Shown piece by piece: positions 1 to 8,699 of a stretch of 23,271 nucleotides of DNA. This DNA comes from a virus (Duplodnaviria; Heunggongvirae; Uroviricota; Caudoviricetes), in IMG/VR virus record IMGVR_UViG_2563366867_000008; one strand, written 5' to 3'. Made by a program: the position numbers and the translations under genes. Position 1 is the stretch's first letter; each line of letters opens with the position of its first letter. The notes below the pieces were generated by a model. It was not told the DNA's origin. It ran no database searches and saw nothing but the letters and a program-made list of their open reading frames with translations.

Positions 1-626
1 ATGAAGTGGATTGTGATTGATACAGTTATCCAGCCATCATGCGGAATATCTTTTTCAGTCATATGGAGTAAAATAAAATTAATAATCTGGTATCAATCGG
101 ATGCTTTCTTACCTCCTGAAAGTATATTTACACTGACTCACACAGGTATCATGCTCAATAACAAAGTGCTACCTGTAACCATTTACAACGTAGCACCATT
201 CAATAAAACATTCTGGAATTTAATCAAAAACAGCCAGGAATGTCCTACAAATACAGATAACGTATTGAATGAATGCTTTAATAACCGTTGCACTCTGCAA
301 ATATGTCCTTATGGACTAAAACAACAAAGTCCATAAGGAGTTTACTCACATCTGACAAAATCAATATAAACAGCCCCTCCGGAGAGGGGCTGGAGAGTGG
401 CGCTATGTGCCATTGCATGGTGCCGGGTGCCTCCCGGTGAATTCAGTACCAGCACCTGAATCCGCGATTATCCCATATACCTACTCGCTGATTGCCCCTC
501 CGCACAGGGGGATTCACCATGCCAGTTTCTTTTAACAAACTCCCCGCAAAACAGACAACTGTCAACCGTCTGAATTGTGAGACATTTAAAAAAAGGCCCG
601 CAAAAGCGAGCCGGGAAAAATAAGTC

Positions 627-703
627 TGGCGCGTTGTACTGGATTCGAACCAGTGACCGATTGCTTAGAAGGCAATTGCTCTGTCCGGTTGAGCTAACAA
701 CGC
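627..703 (-). tRNA. tRNA-Arg, anticodon UCU
   Basis: Reverse complement folds as cloverleaf: acceptor GCGTTGT/ACAACGC, D-stem GCTC/GAGC, anticodon stem ATTGC/GCAAT with loop CTTCTAA, T-loop TTCGAAT, 3' CCA; last gene of a tRNA trio resembling the ileZ-argN-argO cluster of lambdoid/Stx phages. Confidence 0.85.
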
Positions 704-716
704 AGGGTACAGATAA

Positions 717-793
717 TGGACCGCCATCGAGGACTCGAACCCCGCGCAACCAGCTTCGAAGGCTGGCGCTCTATCCTGATGAGCTAATGGCGG
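717..793 (-). tRNA. tRNA-Arg, anticodon UCG as read from sequence
   Basis: Reverse complement: acceptor CCGCCAT/ATGGCGG, D-stem GCTC/GAGC, anticodon stem CCAGC/GCTGG with loop CTTCGAA, T-loop TTCGAGT, 3' CCA. Confidence 0.75.
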
Positions 794-800
794 TATGTGA

Positions 801-876
801 TGGTGGCCCTTGCTGGATTTGAACCAGCGACCTGGCGATTATGAGTCGCTCGCTCTCACCACTGAGCTAAAGGGCC
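801..876 (-). tRNA. tRNA with CAU anticodon (Ile2/lysidine type or Met)
   Basis: Reverse complement: acceptor GGCCCTT/AAGGGCC, D-loop AGTGGTGA, anticodon loop CTCATAA, T-loop TTCAAAT, 3' ACCA; first gene of the trio. Confidence 0.85.
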
Positions 877-916
877 GGGAGCCGCATAATAACGACGCGT
901 AATTAATTCTTCAATA

Positions 917-1195
917 TCATCCGTTCTGGCTGACTAAATCCTGTACTTCCCGAACCGTCTGCTCAAAACGTTCAGTCTCCAGCTCAACGCCAATTGCACG
1001 ACGCCCGAGCGCCAGTGCCGCTTTCACTGTCGAACCCGACCCCATGAAAAAATCTGCAATCAGGTCACCCGGACGACTGCTAGCGCTGATTATCTGCTGC
1101 AGCATTTCTGCCGGTTTTTCGCACGGATGTTTCCCGGGATAGAACTGCACCGGTTTATGCGTCCAGACATCGGTATACGGCACCTGCGCCGTCAC
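917..1195 (-). pseudogene. DNA methyltransferase remnant (C-terminal SAM-binding half only)
   Basis: 92-aa ORF with HPCEKP...DLIADFFMGSGST motif typical of beta-class N6A/N4C MTases; no DPPY-containing N-terminal half; GTG start; frame runs upstream into the tR' hairpin with no ATG. Confidence 0.5.
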
Positions 1196-1253
1196 GCCAA
1201 AATACCGCCGCAGTCGGCATTCACAACCACCAGCGCATTTAACGTTCAGCCAT

Positions 1254-1277
1254 AAAAAAACCCGCTCGCGGCGGGTT
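1254..1277 (-). terminator. Rho-independent terminator downstream of Q (tR'-like)
   Basis: On minus strand: GC stem CCCGCCGCGAGCGGG followed by TTTTTTT; located ~70 nt after the Q stop, as expected for the short pR' transcript. Confidence 0.75.
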
Positions 1278-1346
1278 TAAGCTGTGTGGCGAAGTAACCA
1301 CTCTTAACATACTGACATACTTTTTGCGGACCGCACTAATCATTTT

Positions 1347-1742
1347 TTACTTTTTTAGCAGCCAGTCGTCCATCTCCAGTCTTACCCCCAGCACAGACAA
1401 ACATCCGTCAATAAACCCTTCGGCTATCTGCATCTCAATTCGTATTGCTTTTTCGCTTTTCTTTCTCGTCCTGGCTATCTGTCTTTTTGATATTCGCAAC
1501 AAATAATGAGCAATGAGAAGCGAATACTCCTCAGGTTTTTTCTGCTTCAGACGAGCAAGACAGTTTTCAATGATAAGTCCGTCATCATCGCAGCAGGCCG
1601 GACGTGGTTTAGTGGCAGATGGTAAAAGTCCTTTGAATCCGGCAGCGATCGGAGAATAGTCCACCCCGGTGTTACCACTTGCAGCCCATGCCCCCCAGCG
1701 TTCAAGAACCATCTGAATATCACGCATCAACTTTCTCCACAA
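1347..1742 (-). CDS. Late antiterminator Q-like protein
   Basis: 131 aa; resembles small Q antiterminators of lambdoid phages as I remember them; sits immediately upstream of the tR'-like terminator and tRNA trio. Confidence 0.55.
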   Translation of the reverse strand: MWRKLMRDIQMVLERWGAWAASGNTGVDYSPIAAGFKGLLPSATKPRPACCDDDGLIIENCLARLKQKKPEEYSLLIAHYLLRISKRQIARTRKKSEKAIRIEMQIAEGFIDGCLSVLGVRLEMDDWLLKK

Positions 1743-1744
1743 AA

Positions 1745-2764
1745 TCAGGACAGCACACCAATCGCCAGCGCGCGATCGATAAAACGAAATATCAGCTCCA
1801 GTTGGGAGCCATACTTCTCTTCAAATGCCACGGTATCCGCATGCAGTTCGTCATGGTGTTTTCTGCACAAAGGCAACACAAAAAGGTCATGCGCTTTTGT
1901 TCCCATTCCACCCTGACCGTGACCTATCAGGTGGTGGGGATCATCAGCGGGCTTTCCACAACATGCACACGGCTGTGTCTTAACCCAGCGCGTGTACTTT
2001 TCATTAACCCAGCGGCGACGTTTTGGGCGTAACATAAAAGACTCCGGCGACTCCGGATCCACTTTCAGCGCCAGCACCTTTTTCGCCTTATCCCGGATGA
2101 TGCTGGTGGCAGGAACCGAAGGCACAAGGTCACTTTCCCGGGTAACAGTCGGCACAACAGGCTTCGGTAATCTCAGTGCCTTACGGGCTGCACTTTCCGG
2201 TAAGGCATCCGCCAGATCATTACGAATCAGCCACCAGCACAGTTCCGGCATTGTCACAACGTGACTGTCATCAAAACCGAGATCCCGACGCACAACAGAC
2301 AACACCCAGCGGGCACAGTTATCCGTTGCCCTTGATTCCAGCCGTTCCGTGAACTGATCGCGCAGCTGATTATCGCAGTGCCAGCACAGACGGATTGCAC
2401 CCGGAGCGTGTCGCATTGTGGTCATGTTCTCGCTGTGCCAGTCGGAATGAGGCCACTGGCAGCCTTTTTCACGAAGTAACCAGCTTTCAAGACATTCCAC
2501 GCCACCAGCACGACGGATCACTGCCTCATTGCGGAACACGGCCCGAACGGCAGGATCATCCGCCAGCGGTTGTGATGCCGCCGGAACGGCACCGCTGGCG
2601 AAAGATGAATAACGTTCCGGCTCAGGCTCCAGCAGGACACGCCCCTGCATAAACAGGGGCATCAGCTCTGAACCGGGCCTGAACAATACAATCCCCATAC
2701 GCGGGGCAATTTCAGGGGTCAGCAGTGCTCTCACGGTCACCTCAGCAAACGATATTGAATGCAT
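1745..2764 (-). CDS. DUF968-like prophage protein (Cys/His-rich C-terminal region)
   Basis: 339-aa ORF; C-terminal CACCGKP...HHLIGHGQGGMGTK...CRKHHDELH motif; nin-region position upstream of Q; start shares 4 nt with Q stop region. Confidence 0.5.
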   Translation of the reverse strand: MHSISFAEVTVRALLTPEIAPRMGIVLFRPGSELMPLFMQGRVLLEPEPERYSSFASGAVPAASQPLADDPAVRAVFRNEAVIRRAGGVECLESWLLREKGCQWPHSDWHSENMTTMRHAPGAIRLCWHCDNQLRDQFTERLESRATDNCARWVLSVVRRDLGFDDSHVVTMPELCWWLIRNDLADALPESAARKALRLPKPVVPTVTRESDLVPSVPATSIIRDKAKKVLALKVDPESPESFMLRPKRRRWVNEKYTRWVKTQPCACCGKPADDPHHLIGHGQGGMGTKAHDLFVLPLCRKHHDELHADTVAFEEKYGSQLELIFRFIDRALAIGVLS

Positions 2765-2785
2765 ACAGAGAAAAAAACTCAGTCA

Positions 2786-3043
2786 TCACGCAGTAAACTC
2801 CTTCACCAGTATTTCAAACTGGCTTACCTGTCCTTCCAGTTCCGCCACGCAATCCACCAGCTCATCCACCGCCTTTTGTGTGCGGTGTTTTGCCTGCAGC
2901 AGATCACGAAGCGCCGGAGTAAGCTGCTTGCGGAGCGTATCTTTTTTCACGCTCGTTTTTTCCATCTGTTCAGCACAACGAAGCATCTCCTGCGCCTGCC
3001 GACGAAGTTGTTCCGGTGAAACAGTGATTGTTCTGTTGTTCAA
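2786..3043 (-). CDS. Hypothetical small coiled-coil protein
   Basis: 85-aa ORF whose start overlaps the DnaB-like stop (translational coupling); no recognisable domain. Confidence 0.45.
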   Translation of the reverse strand: MNNRTITVSPEQLRRQAQEMLRCAEQMEKTSVKKDTLRKQLTPALRDLLQAKHRTQKAVDELVDCVAELEGQVSQFEILVKEFTA

Positions 3044-4440
3044 AATAAACGCTCCGTTTTACTGCCCGACATGCGGTTATTGCTGTATCTGCGCGGATTG
3101 CCCGGCGTCATGGGAGTGGAAAGAACCCGGGCACTCTCCTGGTCCACAGGCAGAAAATGTCCGTTATGAAAACGCCGGTAAATGGTCCCGAGTGTGCCAT
3201 TACGCTGTTTCGTGATGTTGATTTCTGCTATGCCTCTGGCCTGTGTATCCGGGTTATACACCTCATCCCTGTAAAGCATCAGAATGATATCGGCATCAGC
3301 CTCTATTTCCCCGGAGTTTTTCAGGTCTGAGTTCATGGGACGTTTATTGGGTCTGGATTCCACGCCTCGGGAGAGCTGGCTCAGAGCAATCAGCGGGAAA
3401 CCGCCGGATTTTGCCAGGCTTTTAAGTCCCTTTGAGATTTCCCCCACAGCAAGGTCGTGACGCCCCGTGCTGCGGGTTTTAATCAGACCGAGGTAATCGA
3501 CCACCACCAGCGCCGTTTCCGGGTGTTTCATCCGGTGGTGCTTCGTGGTTGCACATATCTCATCAATGGTCAGGTTTGCCTGATCCACCATCCAGATATT
3601 ACGCCCCGTCATTCGTCCCACGCCCTGCGAGAAACGCGCCCAGTCTTCATCTTCAAAACGGGCAACAGACTTAAGACGGGATACCGGCATTCCACCGGCA
3701 GCAGACACCATACGTTCACCAATCTGGATGTTCGCCATCTCCATGGTGAACAGAAGCACGCCATGCCCCTGCTCAGTCACCTTGTCGATGATGTCCAGCG
3801 CAAGTTCGGTTTTCCCCATCGAAGGACGGGCGGCAATGAATACCAGGTCTCCGGGCTCCATACCGCCCGTTTTTGCGTCCAGTTCATCAATACCGGTCAT
3901 CAGCGCCCTGGATTTCTCCAGTCCCTGATTGCGGCATTCAACACGGTCGACCACTTCCGGAAGGACATCATCAATGTGAACCGGCTGAATGACGCCCTTT
4001 CCGGTCGACAGTGAGGCCATCATGTTCTGCACATCCTTCAGGGCATCCTCGGCTGCTTCACAGGTATACGCATCACGTAAATTCTGTAATGCTTCAGTCA
4101 GTGTTTTTTCTGCATCGCGCAGTGCGGCATTGCGCCGCAACGCTGCGACATAGTGCTCCAGTGAAGACTTCACCCAGGTTTTGCGTCCGGTGTCGGTAAT
4201 CACCGGGGCAAGTTCCGGCATCTCATTGCACAGCAGTACGGGGTCAATGACGCCGGATATGCTAGCCTGTCTGCAAATCCCCGCGTAAATATCCCGGTAC
4301 TGACGCACAAAAAATACATCCGCCGGAAGTGTGGCCAGAATATCCATCACTTCCGGATCGGCCCCACGCAGAAAAAACGCACCGATGACAGCGCCTTCCA
4401 GGTCATCGTTACGCCATGCCGGGGTGTTCTGGCTGGTCAT
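3040..4440 (-). CDS. Replicative DNA helicase, DnaB family
   Basis: 466 aa; Walker A ARPSMGKTE, Walker B-like region and overall DnaB-like layout; start overlaps upstream stop. Confidence 0.85.
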   Translation of the reverse strand: MTSQNTPAWRNDDLEGAVIGAFFLRGADPEVMDILATLPADVFFVRQYRDIYAGICRQASISGVIDPVLLCNEMPELAPVITDTGRKTWVKSSLEHYVAALRRNAALRDAEKTLTEALQNLRDAYTCEAAEDALKDVQNMMASLSTGKGVIQPVHIDDVLPEVVDRVECRNQGLEKSRALMTGIDELDAKTGGMEPGDLVFIAARPSMGKTELALDIIDKVTEQGHGVLLFTMEMANIQIGERMVSAAGGMPVSRLKSVARFEDEDWARFSQGVGRMTGRNIWMVDQANLTIDEICATTKHHRMKHPETALVVVDYLGLIKTRSTGRHDLAVGEISKGLKSLAKSGGFPLIALSQLSRGVESRPNKRPMNSDLKNSGEIEADADIILMLYRDEVYNPDTQARGIAEINITKQRNGTLGTIYRRFHNGHFLPVDQESARVLSTPMTPGNPRRYSNNRMSGSKTERLF

Positions 4441-5345
4441 GCGGCAACACCTCCGATACGAGAACGGTAGCTGGGCCAGTTAAACGACAACCAGTTGCGC
4501 CCGCCATCGGTGATTCTGTCGGCAATCCGGGGACTGATGAACGCCCACAATTCTTCCGGTGAAAGGTTGCTGATCAGGATAGTTGGCAAAATACCCTCAT
4601 ACCGGGCATTGATAATTTCCTGCAAAATGGCCATTTCAGCCGCACTGCCAAACTGAACGCCGACTTCGTCGACAATCAGCAAATCCAGTGACGCATAATG
4701 CTCAATGACGTCATCCGCTGTTTTTTCACTGTCATTCCGCCAGCAGTTTTTCACAGCCCGGGTAAGGCGCATCACGTCGGTGATCTCCACACTGGCCAGA
4801 TAGTTACGGATGATGTGTTTTGCCATTGATACCGCCAGATGATTTTTCCCGGTACCGCAACTGCCGGTCATAACAAGACTGGTACCGTTCTCCAGCATAT
4901 CTGGCCAGTTCTCCGCATAGCGGCGACAGGCCGCAAGATTTCTGGCTGCGTCAGGATTAACCTCCAGATAATTATCAAACTCGCAGTCCCGAAAACGCAG
5001 AGCAATTCCGGCGTTATCAGTCAGTTCTTCCGCCTTGAGGGACGACAGTTCCATGGTCAAATCACTGGCCTCAGCGATCAAGCAGTCAGGGCAGCATGAA
5101 ATTTTTTCTCTGTCCTCGCCATTACGATCGATCCACACCAGTATATGCGTACGATATTTACCGTGTTTTTCGCAATATCCGCGACCTTCACGCATCAGGC
5201 AGGAACGATAAGGCCATGGCTTTTCGCCCTTCTGAGCAAATGCAATCTCTGCCCGTAACTCATCCATTTCTGCCCGTAACTCATCCATTCGCGCCTGTAG
5301 TCTTGTTTGTTTCTCACGTTGGTCAATCGTCATCATCGCTGTCAC
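4437..5345 (-). CDS. DnaC/IstB-like AAA+ helicase loader with Cys-rich N-terminal region
   Basis: 302 aa; Walker A GSCGTGKNH, Walker B LLIVDEVG; contains an in-frame 21-bp tandem duplication (MDELRAE x2). Confidence 0.8.
   Translation of the reverse strand: MTAMMTIDQREKQTRLQARMDELRAEMDELRAEIAFAQKGEKPWPYRSCLMREGRGYCEKHGKYRTHILVWIDRNGEDREKISCCPDCLIAEASDLTMELSSLKAEELTDNAGIALRFRDCEFDNYLEVNPDAARNLAACRRYAENWPDMLENGTSLVMTGSCGTGKNHLAVSMAKHIIRNYLASVEITDVMRLTRAVKNCWRNDSEKTADDVIEHYASLDLLIVDEVGVQFGSAAEMAILQEIINARYEGILPTILISNLSPEELWAFISPRIADRITDGGRNWLSFNWPSYRSRIGGVAA
5247..5288. repeat. Perfect 21-bp tandem duplication (2 copies) inside the DnaC-like gene
   Basis: tctgcccgtaactcatccatt repeated head-to-tail at 5247-5267 and 5268-5288. 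Confidence 0.9.
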
Positions 5346-5346
5346 C

Positions 5347-6273
5347 TCAGAATGTCAATTTGTTACTGGATTTACCGAATTTGTCAGACATGGCTCCCAG
5401 GCCAGCCAGGACATCGACCTGTCGCTGTCGCCCACCTCCGTGAGCGGCTGGCTGTTGCCAGTAATCTTCGAAGTGACGATCGGGTCCAAAGAACGTCGCA
5501 GCCTGCTTCACGAACTGTGTGCCGGTATTTCCTGTAGCACGTACCCAGGCGGCATACCGCTTCACGCCATCAAGCATGGTCTCCGGTTTTATTCCCTCCC
5601 TGATACGGGCTTTCCAGGCTTTGAAGGCTGCTGATTTGGAATTGCCACCAGCACGTTTGGGATATTCCTGCCAGGCCTGTTCAAATTCCGGTGAATATTC
5701 CTGTCTGGCAGAACGCGCTGGTGCAGACGCGTCAGCGGATGCGCCAATATCTTGCGGTTCATGTTTTGAATTTACTGGTGGTTCATGTTTTAAACCTTGT
5801 GGATCTGGAGTCAGATTCTGAAGGGTCAAACGCGTATTTTTGCCAGAATCTGAAGGGTCAAACACGCCTGAACATACAGATTCTGACGGTTCAGATTTTG
5901 AAGGTTCAGAATCTGAAGGGTCACGTAATACTGAAAGTCTGCGCTGCTGTTTCAGTTCTGCAACCTTATCCCGCTCAGTTCTGGCAAGCTGCTCAAGCCG
6001 ATCAGCATTCAGATGATAAAGATTGGACGTATTACGGTTACCTTTGCGGCGTGACTGACGCGTCAGCCAGCCATCAGCCTCCAGTTCGGAGATTGCCGTT
6101 CTGACTGTACTTTCTCCCAATCCAAGCTGTCGACATATGGTTTCAACACCCGGGTAGCACACCCCGTCATCATTCGAATAATCAGCCAGGCGCGCCATAA
6201 TCATCAGTTTTGCACCTTTGACGCCATATGCTGCGCATGCATCCCAGACATTACCGAGGATCTTGCTACTCAT
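5347..6273 (-). CDS. Replication initiator, O-like (N-terminal HTH, Pro/Ser/Asp-rich linker)
   Basis: 308 aa; position directly upstream of DnaC/DnaB-like genes; iteron array lies within the linker-coding region. Confidence 0.65.
   Translation of the reverse strand: MSSKILGNVWDACAAYGVKGAKLMIMARLADYSNDDGVCYPGVETICRQLGLGESTVRTAISELEADGWLTRQSRRKGNRNTSNLYHLNADRLEQLARTERDKVAELKQQRRLSVLRDPSDSEPSKSEPSESVCSGVFDPSDSGKNTRLTLQNLTPDPQGLKHEPPVNSKHEPQDIGASADASAPARSARQEYSPEFEQAWQEYPKRAGGNSKSAAFKAWKARIREGIKPETMLDGVKRYAAWVRATGNTGTQFVKQAATFFGPDRHFEDYWQQPAAHGGGRQRQVDVLAGLGAMSDKFGKSSNKLTF
5757..5925. repeat. Iteron array plus AT-rich repeat: putative phage origin of replication inside the O-like gene
   Basis: Five copies of CAGAWTCTGAAGGGTCA-like 17-mers (starts 5812, 5844, 5877, 5892, 5907), flanked by duplicated GGTTCATGTTTT at 5756-5766 and 5781-5791. 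Confidence 0.7.
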
Positions 6274-6494
6274 ACGACACCTCCCAGACGCTTAAACATT
6301 TTTCCGGACTGAAACGCCACCAGCGGGTAACTCAGGGTATAAGTACGCCCCTGCACCTGGCAGACAACCTTCTGACTTTCTGCATTGACCAGGCAAACCC
6401 GCAGAACGAGGCCGTTGCTGGTGGTAAACCACTGCCCCACTCGGGGGCAACGGTTGTATCGGTGATACAGGGAATTAACGATGTGGCGGATCAT
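6270..6494 (-). CDS. Hypothetical protein (cII position, not HTH-like)
   Basis: 74-aa ORF overlapping O-like start and upstream stop by 4 nt. Confidence 0.45.
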   Translation of the reverse strand: MIRHIVNSLYHRYNRCPRVGQWFTTSNGLVLRVCLVNAESQKVVCQVQGRTYTLSYPLVAFQSGKMFKRLGGVV

Positions 6495-6685
6495 GGACGC
6501 ACCTCCGCCGTAGTTACGTATTTAACCGGGCTACCTTTCATTGAGATGGTTTCACACATCTCTGCCGCTTTCAGTTCCGCTGTTTTTCTGGATTTATAGC
6601 GACGGTGCCAGACAGATACATCCGTGCGAACTGATACATCGTTTCTGTATTCCGTAGTGGAGATGATGATTTCGTAACTAATCAT
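6491..6685 (-). CDS. Hypothetical protein
   Basis: 64-aa ORF translationally coupled on both sides. Confidence 0.4.
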   Translation of the reverse strand: MISYEIIISTTEYRNDVSVRTDVSVWHRRYKSRKTAELKAAEMCETISMKGSPVKYVTTAEVRP

Positions 6686-7245
6686 GGGCGAACCTCCTTG
6701 TCAGAACCATTCAGCCTAGAATCAACAAGTGCAGCGCCAAAAACAGCATCACCAACACGGTCGTACAGTTTGCTAGCCAGCGGAGATTCAACGGCCTTAA
6801 GCATTGGATAAAGCTGGCTTGTCCAGATTTGATGGATTTCACGCAAATGCAGGTATACGCCTCTGGCGTTTCGTGCGACAGCTGACATATCAGACGCATC
6901 GGCACCTGATAAACTCTTCTCCATCAGGTTAAAGGCGTTGATGTATGCCTCTTTGAACCGGGCAGCACGTTTACCCGTGAAACCCATAGCAAGAAATGCA
7001 AAACCGTCTCGTGTGATTTGATAGCAAGGGAGCTTGCGTGTACCGCCGTTCGGTTGATTTACCGAAATCGATGTCTCCGCAAAATTGCGGGCACAAAACT
7101 CTGGAGAACAATCCAAAATGCGAATCTTTTTCAGAACATCGTCATGACGTTTAGAGAAGAAGTCAGCAACAGCCAAAGAAGATGTAACAGCCTGACCATC
7201 AACGATGGCAATTTCAGGTTGAGAGAGGGTTGGGAGAGTAGTCAT
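6682..7245 (-). CDS. Rha-family phage regulatory protein (second copy); start uncertain
   Basis: Rha-like motif IAIVDGQAVTSSLAVADFFSKRHDDVLKKI begins ~10 aa after internal Met at 7245; the longest ORF extends to 7548 but that 100-aa extension covers a hairpin-rich, terminator-like region. Confidence 0.6.
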   Translation of the reverse strand: MTTLPTLSQPEIAIVDGQAVTSSLAVADFFSKRHDDVLKKIRILDCSPEFCARNFAETSISVNQPNGGTRKLPCYQITRDGFAFLAMGFTGKRAARFKEAYINAFNLMEKSLSGADASDMSAVARNARGVYLHLREIHQIWTSQLYPMLKAVESPLASKLYDRVGDAVFGAALVDSRLNGSDKEVRP

Positions 7246-7631
7246 AGTGACAGCCCCGGTAGTCAGTTTTTTAGAAAACTCACCACATGGGACGCCAATC
7301 ACAGAGGTGGTGAGACGTACAGGGTTGGCGTTACCGGAGACTACCGAACCCGGCCCGACCGAAGTCGGCCCTGTACGCCCCACCATAATTTGGGCGTAGC
7401 AATGCTCATGACACGAAAAAACCGCATGAGCGCGGTTATGCTCAGTAATCAATTTCAGGACGCCAATCCCGGCACCCGCTTTATAAGGTGCGGAGACAGT
7501 GTAACGTCCCGAAATTGCAGAATCAATATTTGGTCTTGAAATGATCATATAGCTGCTGATATCTTTAGAACTGTTCTTGGATGTTTCGGAGCCGTTTTAT
7601 GCGAAACAGCTCCCCGTTATTGATGTTGAGT

Positions 7632-7657
7632 GAGCCGGGTTACTCCCGGCTTTTTTT
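7632..7657 (+). terminator. Plus-strand rho-independent terminator (orphan) immediately 3' of the first Rha gene stop
   Basis: Stem GCCGGG-ttact-CCCGGC followed by TTTTTTT on plus strand; on the minus strand the same hairpin is boxB-like (6-bp stem, 5-nt loop). Confidence 0.55.
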
Positions 7658-8364
7658 CACCGCTGCCAACCAATAACCTGAAATAACCCCATTTTCGGGT
7701 GATACCAGCGAGTCCCTCGCGGTTCTGCTTCCTCCATAACCCGATAAAAAGCAGCCATAAACGGTTCCACAGCAACAATTGCGCGACGTGACAACAATCC
7801 GTCCGGCGTCATGAACTCATGGGTGTCTGTAGGAATCTGATAGGCGTTCACCAGATTGCGGCATTTATCATCTGACAAACCGGTTTTTGCTTTCAGTTGG
7901 CGATATCCGGCATAGCCCTCACGAATAGTGCCCTTTTTAATTTGCTCGACTGTTTCAGCAACGTGGCTGACTTTTTCTTCCACCTGAGTGATCCGTTTCT
8001 GCTGACGAACTGCTTCAAGAGCCATCGCGGCAACCATTTCGATTTCGCTCATTGGCTTACGGATCTGTTCTTCCAGTTCGCGCCAGCGATCTACCAGGCG
8101 AGCAGTGAATTCAGGACAGAGCTGTGCGACGACAATGATGCTGTCGCGCTTACCTTGTTCTCCTTCAAACAGGTAATGCTCATATTGAACTTTAAAACCT
8201 AAGTTATTGATTCTTTCGGAAACCTCAATTTGAGGAGACCGGACAACGCCACCTTTGGCTAATGTTTCAATAGTGCGTTTCACATTGTCATGACGTTTAC
8301 CCACCAGCTCTGCAATTTCAACGCTGGTCATGGATGCTTTGCCGTTAAAAATTGCGGTGTTCAT
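7657..8364 (-). CDS. Rha-family phage regulatory protein (antirepressor-like)
   Basis: 235 aa; N-terminal MTSVEIAELVGKRHDNVKRTIETL Rha signature; strong RBS AGGAGA 8 nt upstream. Confidence 0.8.
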   Translation of the reverse strand: MNTAIFNGKASMTSVEIAELVGKRHDNVKRTIETLAKGGVVRSPQIEVSERINNLGFKVQYEHYLFEGEQGKRDSIIVVAQLCPEFTARLVDRWRELEEQIRKPMSEIEMVAAMALEAVRQQKRITQVEEKVSHVAETVEQIKKGTIREGYAGYRQLKAKTGLSDDKCRNLVNAYQIPTDTHEFMTPDGLLSRRAIVAVEPFMAAFYRVMEEAEPRGTRWYHPKMGLFQVIGWQR

Positions 8365-8588
8365 TGTTGGTCTCCTGTGGGCTTGTCATCTTCTGTATTC
8401 GCTAGACTTGGGTGTGTATATGGAATGCTCGTATCCAGATGACAAAGAATGGCAACATCCTCCGGAACACCTCGCGTTTTCCACTTTCCAACACCTTGAC
8501 TGCCACGAGGCCTTCCTTTCTTTGGGAACCTGCGACCAATAGCGGCATTGGTTTTAAATTGAATTTTTAATATTTCATAAAGGGTCAT
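8361..8588 (-). CDS. Hypothetical small basic protein in the cro position (doubtful)
   Basis: 75-aa ORF, ATGA overlap with Rha gene, weak RBS, low-complexity K/R/G/P-rich composition; no HTH recognised. Confidence 0.25.
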   Translation of the reverse strand: MTLYEILKIQFKTNAAIGRRFPKKGRPRGSQGVGKWKTRGVPEDVAILCHLDTSIPYTHPSLANTEDDKPTGDQQ

Positions 8589-8599
8589 TCTTTAGTCTC

Positions 8600-8680
8600 A
8601 CACCAGATACTTTGTTATCCAACGATGTTAACCACAGGAACCCAAAGTATCAAGAAATTCTGTTACTTTAGTATCAACAG
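8600..8680. promoter_or_regulatory. Right operator/divergent promoter region (OR-like)
   Basis: AGTATCAA half-sites at 8646-8653 and 8668-8675, inverted GATACTTTG at 8606-8614; lies between the cI-like start and the minus-strand early operon. Confidence 0.6.
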
Positions 8681-8699
8681 CCATGAGAGGAGAAGAAAA

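Noticed and set aside
1-336. Plus-strand 111-aa ORF at the window start
   Set aside because: Ile/Asn/Cys-rich unusual composition, no visible RBS, AT-rich; cannot be supported as a gene.
1-626. Shiga toxin or lysis genes downstream of the tRNA trio
   Set aside because: No minus-strand ORF of suitable size here; only an AT-rich plus-strand ORF of odd composition and hairpins.
468-822. ORFs 468-749 (-) and 577-822 (+)
   Set aside because: Both run through the three tRNA genes; artefactual.
1324-5634. Plus-strand ORFs across Q, DUF968, DnaB, DnaC and O genes
   Set aside because: All lie antisense to a tightly coupled minus-strand operon with recognisable domains.
7018-7539. Plus-strand 173-aa ORF antisense to the Rha region
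   Set aside because: Arg-rich low-complexity translation typical of an antisense frame in GC-rich DNA; no RBS.
6682-7548. Full 288-aa ORF as a single Rha protein
   Set aside because: The Rha domain starts only after the Met at 7245 and the upstream 300 nt are hairpin- and terminator-rich; the shorter 6682-7245 CDS is preferred, though the long form is not excluded.
8330-8542. Plus-strand 70-aa ORF in the immunity region
   Set aside because: Overlaps the candidate cro-position ORF on the opposite strand; no RBS; would read into the early operon.
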